Assembly: GCA_050174015.1 (NCBI GenBank)
Contig: JBFXKG010000006.1
Span: 64,001-128,000 of the forward strand
Origin: Candidatus Krumholzibacteriia bacterium
Lineage (GTDB): Bacteria; Krumholzibacteriota; Krumholzibacteriia; LZORAL124-64-63
Length of the DNA: 64,000 nucleotides
Direction: 5' to 3'
Below are positions 39,419 through 47,747 of this stretch, one piece after another (positions within the stretch are counted from its first letter, which is position 1; each line of letters starts with the position of its first letter). The notes under the pieces were generated by a model. That model was given only the letters and a program-made list of their open reading frames with translations, was not told where the DNA came from and ran no database searches. The translations under genes were made by a program, and so were the position numbers.

Positions 39419-40393
39419 TCAGGCCGGCACGATGCGGGTGCCGGCCCGGCCTTCCACGGCAGCCAGCAGGAATTCGGGAGAGGTGATGACGACCTCGGCC
39501 CCGCCCCCGGCCAGGAAGGACAGGGCGGCCTCGATCTTCGGACCCATGCTCCCGGCGGGGAACTCCCCGGCGGCGAGCATGGCGGCCGCGCGATCGGTCT
39601 TCAACACGTCGAGGGCCTCCTGGTCCTCGTGTCCGAAGCGGGCGAACACCTTGTCGACCTGGGTGATGATGACCAGGACGTCCGCGCCGATGAGCCGGCC
39701 CAAGAGATCGCTCGCCCGGTCCTTGTCGATCACGGCATCCACCCCGTGCAGGCGCCCGGCCTCGTCGCGCCGGACGGGAACCCCCCCGCCGCCGGTGGCG
39801 ATGGTCAGGACTCCGGCGCCGACCAGGGTCTTGATGGCCTCCCACTCGACCACTTCCCTGGGCATCGGGCTGGGCACGACCCGCCGCCAGCCGCGGCCGG
39901 CGTCCTTGACCACGGTCCAGCCGTTCTCCTGTTCCAGCGCCTTGGCCTGGACCTCGTCGTAGAAGGGGCCGATCGGCTTGCTCGGCCGGGCGAAGGCGGG
40001 GTCCTCCTCGTCGACCAGCACCTGCGTGACCACGGTGGCCACCGGCAGGTCCATGCCGTGGTCGAGCAGGGCGTTGTGCAGGGCCTGCTGGAGCATGAAG
40101 CCCAGTCCGCCCTGGCTGTCGGCGCCGGCGACGAACATGGGCATCGGCGGGATGCCGTGGAGGGCCTGCCCGGCGTCGTTGCGCAGCACGATGTTGCCGA
40201 CGACCGGGCCGTTGCCGTGGGTCATGACGATCTGATGGCCCGCCTTGGCCAGCCGGGCGACCTGGTCCATGGTCGCCCGGGTGATGGCCAGCTGCTCCTC
40301 GTAGGTCCCTTTCTGTCCGACGGGAATGATGGCGTTGCCCCCCAGCGCGATCACGAAGCGCCGGTGGGCGGCCTGGGACCCGGCCGTGGTCAT
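39419..40393 (-). CDS. arcC: Carbamate kinase
   Basis: VIALGGNA, THGNGPVVG, PSKPIGPFY, GWRRVVPSP, AVIDKD, GSMGPK; ATG at 40393 overlaps the upstream stop. Confidence 0.95.
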   Translation of the reverse strand: MTTAGSQAAHRRFVIALGGNAIIPVGQKGTYEEQLAITRATMDQVARLAKAGHQIVMTHGNGPVVGNIVLRNDAGQALHGIPPMPMFVAGADSQGGLGFMLQQALHNALLDHGMDLPVATVVTQVLVDEEDPAFARPSKPIGPFYDEVQAKALEQENGWTVVKDAGRGWRRVVPSPMPREVVEWEAIKTLVGAGVLTIATGGGGVPVRRDEAGRLHGVDAVIDKDRASDLLGRLIGADVLVIITQVDKVFARFGHEDQEALDVLKTDRAAAMLAAGEFPAGSMGPKIEAALSFLAGGGAEVVITSPEFLLAAVEGRAGTRIVPA

Positions 40394-41556
40394 GAGCGGA
40401 CCGCCGCCGCGAAGTCCGCGAACCTCTCCAGCGCCTTGCGGATGTTGGCCTGGCTGTTGGCGTAGCTGAACCGCAGATAGCCCTCGCCGAAGGCGCCGAA
40501 CGAGGTTCCGGCCAGGGCGGCCACGCCGAACTCGTTCAGCAGGCGCTGCTCCACCTGCTTGCTGGTCAGGCCCAGGGCGGACACGTTGGGGAACACGTAG
40601 AAGGCGCCGCGGGGCCGCTTGCAGGTGATGCCGTCGATGGCGTTCAGACCATCGACCAGCAGGTCGCGGCGCACCTTGAATTCGGCCACCATGGCCCGGG
40701 CGGCGTCCTGGGGCCCGGTCAGCGCCTCGGCGCCGGCGAGCTGGGTGAAGGCGGCCGTGCAGCTGGTGCAGTTCGTCTGGAGCTTGGCGACCGCTGCGGC
40801 CAGGGGAGCGGGCATGATGCCGTAGCCCAGGCGCCAGCCCGTCATGGCGTAGGTCTTCGAATGGCCGTCGAGGATGATGGTCCGCTCGAGCATGCCGGGG
40901 CGCGTGCTGATGGACTCGTGGGTCCCTTCGTAGATGATCTTGCTGTAGATCTCGTCGCTCAGCACCCAGAAATCGAACTTCACGGCCAGCTCGGCGATGG
41001 CGTCGAGGTCGGCGGCGCTCAGCACCCCGCCGGTGGGGTTCTGGGGACTGTTGAGGATCAGCAGCCTGGTCTTCTCGTTGGCCAGCGCCTTGAGGTCCTC
41101 GATGTCGAAGCTGAAGTCCTTCTCCTCGGCGAGCTTCAGAGGCACGGGCTTCGCGTCGAGGAACTTGATCACCGATTCGTAGATGGGGAACCCGGGATTC
41201 GGGTAGATCACCTCGTCCCCCGGATCGACCAGCGCGGTCAGGGGGAAGTAGATGATGGGCTTGCCGCCGGGCACGATGACCACGTTGTCCGGCCCGACGT
41301 CGATGCCGCGATCCCCGGCGATGTACTCCGCGAAGACCTTGCGGACTTCCGGCAATCCGGCCGAGGGGCCGTAATGCGTGAAGCCGTTCTGGAGCGCCCA
41401 GACGGCCTTGTCGATGATGTTCCGGGGGGTGTCGAAATCCGGTTCGCCGATCTCCAGGTGGACGATGTCCCGCCCCTCGGCTTCGAGGGCCTTGGCCCTG
41501 GCCAGGACCTCGAATGCAGTCTCGGTGCCCAGGTTCTGCATACGCTTGGCGAGCAT
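40390..41556 (-). CDS. PLP-dependent class I aminotransferase (aspartate aminotransferase-like)
   Basis: IGEPDFDTP, NSPQNPTG, SDEIY, SKTYAMTGWRLG; start ATG 41556 after AAGGGAG. Confidence 0.95.
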   Translation of the reverse strand: MLAKRMQNLGTETAFEVLARAKALEAEGRDIVHLEIGEPDFDTPRNIIDKAVWALQNGFTHYGPSAGLPEVRKVFAEYIAGDRGIDVGPDNVVIVPGGKPIIYFPLTALVDPGDEVIYPNPGFPIYESVIKFLDAKPVPLKLAEEKDFSFDIEDLKALANEKTRLLILNSPQNPTGGVLSAADLDAIAELAVKFDFWVLSDEIYSKIIYEGTHESISTRPGMLERTIILDGHSKTYAMTGWRLGYGIMPAPLAAAVAKLQTNCTSCTAAFTQLAGAEALTGPQDAARAMVAEFKVRRDLLVDGLNAIDGITCKRPRGAFYVFPNVSALGLTSKQVEQRLLNEFGVAALAGTSFGAFGEGYLRFSYANSQANIRKALERFADFAAAVRS

Positions 41557-41663
41557 GGTCATCTCCCTTGGTTGGCAAACCCCATCCGGCAGGATGGCGC
41601 GAAGGGCCGTGCGCCCCGCGAAAACAGCCGGAATCCGCCGCAAAGCCGTGCTGCAACAGGACA

Positions 41664-41692
41664 AACCTAGGAGGATGGAGAGGGCAAGTCAA
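41664..41692 (-). promoter_or_regulatory. Putative promoter of aminotransferase-arcC
   Basis: TTGACT-N17-TAGGTT. Confidence 0.5.
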
Positions 41693-41697
41693 CCGGA

Positions 41698-43359
41698 TCA
41701 GGCCAAGGTTTCCAGGTATTTTTCGATCTCCCGGATGACCTCCTTGCGGACCCCGGCCCGGTCCTGGGCGAGTCGCCGGAGATCCACCTTGGAAACGTAC
41801 TTCACCTTGATGAACCGGCGGAGGATCTTGACCGAAACGTTCACCGGGCTGCGCAGGCAGGCCAGGGGAACGCCCCGGTTGGCGAACCCGGTGTGAAGGG
41901 CCCGGTCCGTGGCGATGGTCTCGATGACCTGGGGATTGCGCGTGCGGACCGCCACGGCTTCGACCAGCCCCGGGACGCTGGTGAACTTGGGGTTCCGGAG
42001 GAACCCGAGGACCAGGCTGTAGGACTGGAGATTGGTCAGCACGAGGTTCTTCATGGCCGCGGCGGTGGGTTCGGCCCCCTGGTCCTCATCCTCCGGGGAC
42101 TCTCCTGCCTCCGGTCCGGCAGGCTGATCCTCGGCGCCCTGGGCGACCGAAGCTCCGGCGGGGCCCTCGAGAGTCGGCAAGCCCTCGGGCCAGACCTCGG
42201 GCAGGTCCTCGGGGTCGGGGAGGACGATCACCAGCTGGCCGACGAGGAACTCCATCCCCCGCAGATCCCATCCCGCCGGGCCGGATACGCCCTCGGGCGC
42301 AGGTTCCCCGAGGACCTCCTGGACGGGCCGCGTCAGGTCCTCCGGTACGGGGATGGCCAGTTCCCCCCGCTCGCAGCCCGACACCACCAGGCGGCAGGCC
42401 GTGACCAGGTCGAGCCCCCGGCGCCGGTCGCCCCGCAACCTCAGCCGTTCCGCCAGTCCCATCAACCGGGCCGCGGCGTGGGCCATGACGGGAATCTCCA
42501 GGGCGGACTCCACCTGGGCCCGGACGAGGGAGTGCAGGGGTGCCAGGTCCGGGCAGCCCTCGAGTGCGCGCTCGAACATCCCGAATTCCCGGGCGTCCAT
42601 GACCGACCGTCCCCGCAGGCGGGGCTTGAGAAAGGCAGCGGCGACATCGCCGGATTCGATCATCGCCACCAGCTCCCGGATGTCGCGGATCTCACGGTCG
42701 GACCGGCTCAGCAGGGGCAGCACCCGGGTGATGGCCTCCATCCGGAACGGGTCGACGTTGCCCGCCAGCTGACTGATCCGCTCCTGCCAGGCGTCGGCTT
42801 CCAGCCGCAGCAGGCCGGCCAGCAGTGCCCCCAGTTCAGGCGGCAGTCCGCCCCTGCGCTCCCCTGCACGGCACAGCCGGTCCAGGACCAGGCGCATGGG
42901 TCCCCAGGGAGTTTCCCATCCTGCCGCGTCCGGACGCGCCTCATCCGGCGGACGGCCGCCGGCCAGGAGCCGGCAGCACTCCGCCCCGAACCGCCCATGC
43001 CGGTCCCGCCATTCCTTGAGGACCAGACCGGAAGGGCCGGGACTCCTGGATCCGTTGATCCAGAGCCGCCGCGTCGAAGACATCCGGCTGACCAGGGGCA
43101 GCAAACGCGAGGCCGGCGTGACCACGTCCAGCAGGGCGGCGAGGAGACGGGCGCCGGCTGGATCGCCCCGCATCGCCAGGCTCTGGATGCCCAGCAGGAC
43201 CGACGGGACCAGGGGCTCCCCCGAATGCTTTCGCAGAAGATCGTAGAGTTCTCCGGCCAGGGAAGAGGGGTCCATCGGCCCGCGACCGAACTGACGCAGC
43301 TCGGCCAGCACCCCCGGCTGGTCGGGTGCGGGCAGGTGCAGGACCGGGTCCCCCCACAT
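41698..43359 (-). CDS. Hypothetical helical protein with a C-terminal helical-repeat-like domain
   Basis: Long minus-strand ORF, Leu/Ala/Arg-rich, with an acidic linker and C-terminal NPKFTSVPG...VPLACLRSP...DLRRLAQDR. Start uncertain (ATG 43359 has AGGGGA; the ORF extends to 43557). Confidence 0.7.
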   Translation of the reverse strand: MWGDPVLHLPAPDQPGVLAELRQFGRGPMDPSSLAGELYDLLRKHSGEPLVPSVLLGIQSLAMRGDPAGARLLAALLDVVTPASRLLPLVSRMSSTRRLWINGSRSPGPSGLVLKEWRDRHGRFGAECCRLLAGGRPPDEARPDAAGWETPWGPMRLVLDRLCRAGERRGGLPPELGALLAGLLRLEADAWQERISQLAGNVDPFRMEAITRVLPLLSRSDREIRDIRELVAMIESGDVAAAFLKPRLRGRSVMDAREFGMFERALEGCPDLAPLHSLVRAQVESALEIPVMAHAAARLMGLAERLRLRGDRRRGLDLVTACRLVVSGCERGELAIPVPEDLTRPVQEVLGEPAPEGVSGPAGWDLRGMEFLVGQLVIVLPDPEDLPEVWPEGLPTLEGPAGASVAQGAEDQPAGPEAGESPEDEDQGAEPTAAAMKNLVLTNLQSYSLVLGFLRNPKFTSVPGLVEAVAVRTRNPQVIETIATDRALHTGFANRGVPLACLRSPVNVSVKILRRFIKVKYVSKVDLRRLAQDRAGVRKEVIREIEKYLETLA

Positions 43360-43501
43360 CAGGCTGTCCCCTGTTCGAACGGTGATCAAGTGCGCGTTCC
43401 TCCGCTCCTTGACCGGCCGGGCCGGAAGGAGGAGATGTCCCCTGACGATGGTTATCGGTCGATGAATCACGCGCTTGACCGCCGGTTGCCCCCCATGGAT
43501 C

Positions 43502-45133
43502 TCACCATCGGATCCTGGCCTGCAGCCAGACCTCGGTGAGGGTCGTCGCCGCTTCACCCGGAGCCGGGAACCGGCGGGCGACAGCCGCCTGGATGCCGAC
43601 GATCCCGGCCTCCGCTTCGAGCCCGGCCATGATCTCCCCCGACCAGCGGCCCCAATGCCTCGGCAGGGCGTAGCCCGGCAGCGGGCTGAGAACCCCCACC
43701 AGGTCGACCTGGTCGCCCCAGGCCCGGGACCAAGCCAGCCTGGCCCGCCCCAACCTGGTCTCGGCGCCCGACCATCCCGCCGAAAGGAGGTTCCTGCCGG
43801 CGGATCCCCCGTCGTCGTCCACCGCCAGGTTCCGGAAGTCCAGGGAGAGGCGCCCCCGTGCCGGGCCCTCCCGCCTCAGGTTGATCGAGGTCAGGGTGCG
43901 GACCTCGGGGGCCACCGGGACCGGGGGAGTCCAGGGAAACCGCTCGGACCATTCCCAGGAGGTCCGGACCTGGCGCCTCCAGCGGACCTCCCCCTCCCAG
44001 CCGCCGGGCAGGGGACAGGCGGCGGAGGCTTCGCGGATGGACCGGCAAGTGGTCCCGTCGGCCGGATCCTCCTCCCTGCCCGTCGCTCCCGCGATGACGA
44101 GTTCCAGGTCCAGCCCTCCGCCCCGCCACCGGAGGCGGCAAGCCCACCCGGAGCCGTCCCAGGTCGCGAGCATGGCCGGTCTGACTCCCAGGAGCCCCGG
44201 CTCCCCGCCCCGGCGGGAGGCCCATCCCCCCTCGATGCGGGTGGCCCGGGCCGGTTCGAGGATCAGCGTCCCCGCGGCCGCCTGCGTGGATCCGCCCCTC
44301 GTGCGACGGGTCAGGGAGGATTCCCAGGCCGCCTGCCAACCCGGGCCCCTCCACTCGGTGGCCAGCCCCAGGCCCTTCTCCAGGGGGTGGGTCAGGCCCA
44401 GCAGGGATATCCCGCCCCGGTCTTGCCTGAGGCCCAGCCGGACCCCGTGCAACCGGCCCATGCCGGGTTCGGAGGTGGGGATTCCCGAGACGGTCTCCGC
44501 CACCAGGGACCCCGCCGAGAACGAGACGCCCACACCGTCGGCTAGGGCGCCATCTCCGGAGCGGCACCACTGCCGGATGCCCGCCGGGGACGGTCCCAGC
44601 GACCGTCCCGTCCCGGGTGAACCACTCCGCCCGGGGGCTCCGGCCAGCAAGCCGTAGCCGTGATGCCAGGCGAGGTTCCCGGCGTCGAGACGCCAGTTTC
44701 CGGCAGCCCCGCCGATGGCCGCCAGCGGGCTCTCGGCCACCCCCCCGCTCTGGCCCCTGCGGACCTTCAGGTCCAGTCCCGCGCCCCGCCAGCGTACGGT
44801 CGCGGTGGCCGGAGTGGCCGGCGCGGGTTCCATCTGCATCCGCCAGATCAGGCTCCCCTGCCCCGGAGGGGACCAGGCCGGACCTCCGGCCTCCTTCCGC
44901 GCCGCTGCGGCGCGAAGAGCGGCATCGAGACACCGGATCTCATCCTCGGACAGGGGCGCGCCGACGCTCTCCATGGCCTCCACCAGATCCACCAGATCCT
45001 CGGGCACCGCCCCGGTCGTGTCCGGGTGATCGGCCTGACCCCGGGCGCAGCAGGCCGCCAGGAGCAGCAACGGCACGAACCTCCCCGCCGCCCATGGTTT
45101 TCCCGTCCGACCTGCTGGGGAAGGGTTCACCAT
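43502..45133 (-). CDS. Putative secreted/outer-membrane beta-rich protein
   Basis: Signal-like hydrophobic stretch, alternating amphipathic beta pattern, GNLAWHHGYGL, C-terminal VWLQARIRW with terminal aromatic residue. Confidence 0.6.
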   Translation of the reverse strand: MVNPSPAGRTGKPWAAGRFVPLLLLAACCARGQADHPDTTGAVPEDLVDLVEAMESVGAPLSEDEIRCLDAALRAAAARKEAGGPAWSPPGQGSLIWRMQMEPAPATPATATVRWRGAGLDLKVRRGQSGGVAESPLAAIGGAAGNWRLDAGNLAWHHGYGLLAGAPGRSGSPGTGRSLGPSPAGIRQWCRSGDGALADGVGVSFSAGSLVAETVSGIPTSEPGMGRLHGVRLGLRQDRGGISLLGLTHPLEKGLGLATEWRGPGWQAAWESSLTRRTRGGSTQAAAGTLILEPARATRIEGGWASRRGGEPGLLGVRPAMLATWDGSGWACRLRWRGGGLDLELVIAGATGREEDPADGTTCRSIREASAACPLPGGWEGEVRWRRQVRTSWEWSERFPWTPPVPVAPEVRTLTSINLRREGPARGRLSLDFRNLAVDDDGGSAGRNLLSAGWSGAETRLGRARLAWSRAWGDQVDLVGVLSPLPGYALPRHWGRWSGEIMAGLEAEAGIVGIQAAVARRFPAPGEAATTLTEVWLQARIRW

Positions 45134-45981
45134 GCACCCCCTTTCCAGCGGCCTGCCACCAGGGCGATGCGATGGGTCGTCCCCAGGTCGGAGTGGATCA
45201 GGTGCGAAGTCATCACCAGGAGCCTGCCCCGGGGCAGGACCAGCCCGAATCCTCCCAGGTTCCGGGCGGGAGTCCCCCGGATCAGGATCCCCGCCCGCCC
45301 CGCCAGAGGGAACAGGGCTTCCAGGATGCATTCCGGAATTCCGTCAGGGGACAGGTCGAGACCCAGGGCCAGCCCCACGTCCTTCGTCCTGACCCGGACG
45401 GTGCCCAGGTTCCGGGTCCGGCCGCTCCGCCCGGCTGATCCCTCGGCTGCGGCGATTTCGGGCCTGAACTCCCAGGAGCCTGACCAGGAGCCCGGGCCCG
45501 ACCACCCGCTCCCCACCAGGAGGGCCAGGGACCATTCCGGCCGGGGACGTTCACCGGCCAGTTCGAGGCGCCGGATTCCCCCCGTCAGCCCGAGCCGGAC
45601 CCCGAGATTCCCGGCCGCCGTCAGGCCGTACCTGTTCTCGCGGAAGATCCCGGTTCCCGTCTGCTGCCAGTCCACCCGGACCAGCCGGCCGTCACGGCCC
45701 CGCCAGCCGGCCCCCAGGGTGGCGACCGGCAACTCGGGCAGCCCGAACAGGCGGGAGGCGCCGGCCTCCACCCAGGCGCCTGAAGACAGGGAGTCCGGGG
45801 CCTGGACGCCGCGGTGATCGGCCATCAAGGCGCCGATCTGCTCCGGCCCATGCAGCCAGGAACGGGAATAATCATCGGCCCGGGCGGGGGCGCAGCAGAG
45901 GACCGCAACCAGACCGGCCCGCAGGACGACCCGGGTCCCCCGGATGCCCCGGATGCCCCGGAATTCCCCTCCGGACCTCAA
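45127..45981 (-). CDS. Putative outer-membrane beta-barrel protein
   Basis: Signal peptide (..APARA), RLFGLPEL, GTGIFRENRYGL, HSDLGTTHRIAL; overlaps both neighbouring genes. Confidence 0.6.
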   Translation of the reverse strand: MRSGGEFRGIRGIRGTRVVLRAGLVAVLCCAPARADDYSRSWLHGPEQIGALMADHRGVQAPDSLSSGAWVEAGASRLFGLPELPVATLGAGWRGRDGRLVRVDWQQTGTGIFRENRYGLTAAGNLGVRLGLTGGIRRLELAGERPRPEWSLALLVGSGWSGPGSWSGSWEFRPEIAAAEGSAGRSGRTRNLGTVRVRTKDVGLALGLDLSPDGIPECILEALFPLAGRAGILIRGTPARNLGGFGLVLPRGRLLVMTSHLIHSDLGTTHRIALVAGRWKGGAW

Positions 45982-47714
45982 CGGACCACCACCAGGACCC
46001 TGGATGCGTCCAGGATGGCCCCTGAGCCGTCCAGGCAGGTTCCCAGGACGATGTACCCGCCGGGCGGAACGAGCCGGCTGCGGTCATCCTCGCCGGTCCA
46101 GTGGCGAGTCCGCCGGCCCGGTCCCGCCAGATCCCCGCCCAGGTTCCGGACGCGCCGGCCTTCCAGGTCGAAGACCGCCAGCTGGAAGCCCTCGCCCTCC
46201 CCGGGCACCTCGAGGACGAGGGCGAGGGCGGTTGCGCCCCGGTCAGGATCGAGCACGCGCGGCTGGACCGTCAGGAACGGGCCCCTGACCGCCGCGGGCG
46301 CAATGCTGTTGGGACAGCCCGGGGTCCCGCCCTCCCAGGCCGAGCTGACGGACCAGGTGGACGCTCCGGAGTCCAGGGGCCGGCCAAGGTTCAACCTTTC
46401 CAGGGAGCTTCCCGACCAGGGGAGGGCCGGGTCCCAGGGGTCCGGTCCCCCATAGGTCAGCGCATCGACGATCACGCCACCGGAATCGGCCAGGCTGATC
46501 CGGTCGGCGAAGGTACGACTCTCGGGGACCGCATTGTTGAGGGAAGGCCAGCCCGCCAGGGACACGAGCCGGGAGCCGGCGAGCACGCTGCCGCAACCGT
46601 CCTCGCCGGTCCGCTCGTTGGCCAGGATCCAGCCCGCGAGGGCCGTGGAATCCTGCGCGACGACCAGCAGGCCACCCGGTTCCAGACTGCCGGCCGGCAG
46701 CGCGCGCCAGTCCCCGTCCTCGTCCTTCAGGGCGTAGGTGCCGACGTCCAGCGCCTCTGCCGACCGGCTGGCCAGCTCGACGTATTCTCCCTGCCCCTGG
46801 GCCGGGGCGGGCTGGACCTCGTTGATGACCAGTTCCCCCAGGCCGACCTGGTAGAGGCACACCGGCACCCGCAGGGTGTCCCTTCCGCCGGGCAAGGGCA
46901 TCAGCAATCCGACCGGATGGCGCCCCGTGCGGGCGGGTTCCACCACGAAGAACAGGTTGCGGATGTCGCCGGATCCCATGGCGTCCAGCACCGCCGGAAC
47001 GGACTGCTCCGCGATGTCCAGCCTCACCTGTCCGCCCGGCCAGGCGAGGATGCCCCGGTTCTCCAGCTGGACTTCCAGGCGCAGGGATCGGCCCGCGCGG
47101 TCCAGACAGGGAGGGTCACCCGTCGCCACCACCACATGGAAGGCCCAGTCGCGGAAGTTGGGGGCGCCCGGCGTGGCTTCGGCGGCCACGAAATCGGCGG
47201 CGTTGTCGTCCGAGTCCGCCCCGTCGGGCCGCCGCGCCAGGGCCAGACCCGCCTGCAGGGGGGAAGGGGCCCCTTCGTAGAGGCGGTCGTCGGTCAGCGG
47301 GCCGTAACCCACCAGGTCCAGGACGGTCCCGTCGCGGGCCAGCCGGATGGCGTCCGGGCCGTTCTGCAACCCGAGAGCCACTTCGGCGTCGGGGACGGCA
47401 GGACCCGTCCAGTTGCGGTCGCATATGAGGAAGAACCCGCCCTCGGCCAGGACCGTCCCCGGCGGCGCCGACCACCGGACCTCCCAGACCGGTTCGACGG
47501 CCCCGTTGGCGAATTCGAGGGTGACGCCAGCCAGGGACAGGTCCGGACCGGCGTTGTGGATCTCGACGAATTCCTTGCCGCCGTCGCTTCCTGGGGGATC
47601 GGCGAGGAACTCGTTGATGACCTGCGCGCCCGCGGCGCCGGCGACGGCCGCACATCCCGCCAGGGCGGACAGGAAGCCCCGCAGCAGGGCGGACATCCCG
47701 GGTGGCTGGGTCAA
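45978..47714 (-). CDS. Secreted lamin-tail-domain protein with C-terminal FlgD-Ig-like domain
   Basis: Two LTD starts (VINEFLADP..EFVEIHN; LVINEVQPAP..EYVEL), ATPGAPN and GGTPGCPNS, tail AVFDLEGRRVRNL..WTGEDDRSRLVPPGGYIV. Confidence 0.85.
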   Translation of the reverse strand: MTQPPGMSALLRGFLSALAGCAAVAGAAGAQVINEFLADPPGSDGGKEFVEIHNAGPDLSLAGVTLEFANGAVEPVWEVRWSAPPGTVLAEGGFFLICDRNWTGPAVPDAEVALGLQNGPDAIRLARDGTVLDLVGYGPLTDDRLYEGAPSPLQAGLALARRPDGADSDDNAADFVAAEATPGAPNFRDWAFHVVVATGDPPCLDRAGRSLRLEVQLENRGILAWPGGQVRLDIAEQSVPAVLDAMGSGDIRNLFFVVEPARTGRHPVGLLMPLPGGRDTLRVPVCLYQVGLGELVINEVQPAPAQGQGEYVELASRSAEALDVGTYALKDEDGDWRALPAGSLEPGGLLVVAQDSTALAGWILANERTGEDGCGSVLAGSRLVSLAGWPSLNNAVPESRTFADRISLADSGGVIVDALTYGGPDPWDPALPWSGSSLERLNLGRPLDSGASTWSVSSAWEGGTPGCPNSIAPAAVRGPFLTVQPRVLDPDRGATALALVLEVPGEGEGFQLAVFDLEGRRVRNLGGDLAGPGRRTRHWTGEDDRSRLVPPGGYIVLGTCLDGSGAILDASRVLVVVR

Positions 47715-47747
47715 GGGGAACCGGACTTTCCGGGAGGGAAAGCGGGA

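Noticed and set aside
39419..41692. 757-aa ORF suggesting an extended or fused carbamate kinase
   Set aside because: The N-terminal part is an Arg-rich off-frame reading of the aminotransferase; arcC starts at 40393.
45930..45965. Short 9-bp tandem repeat (CCCCGGATG) encoding RGIRGIRG
   Set aside because: Only 2-3 imperfect in-frame copies in a signal n-region; no sign of phase variation.
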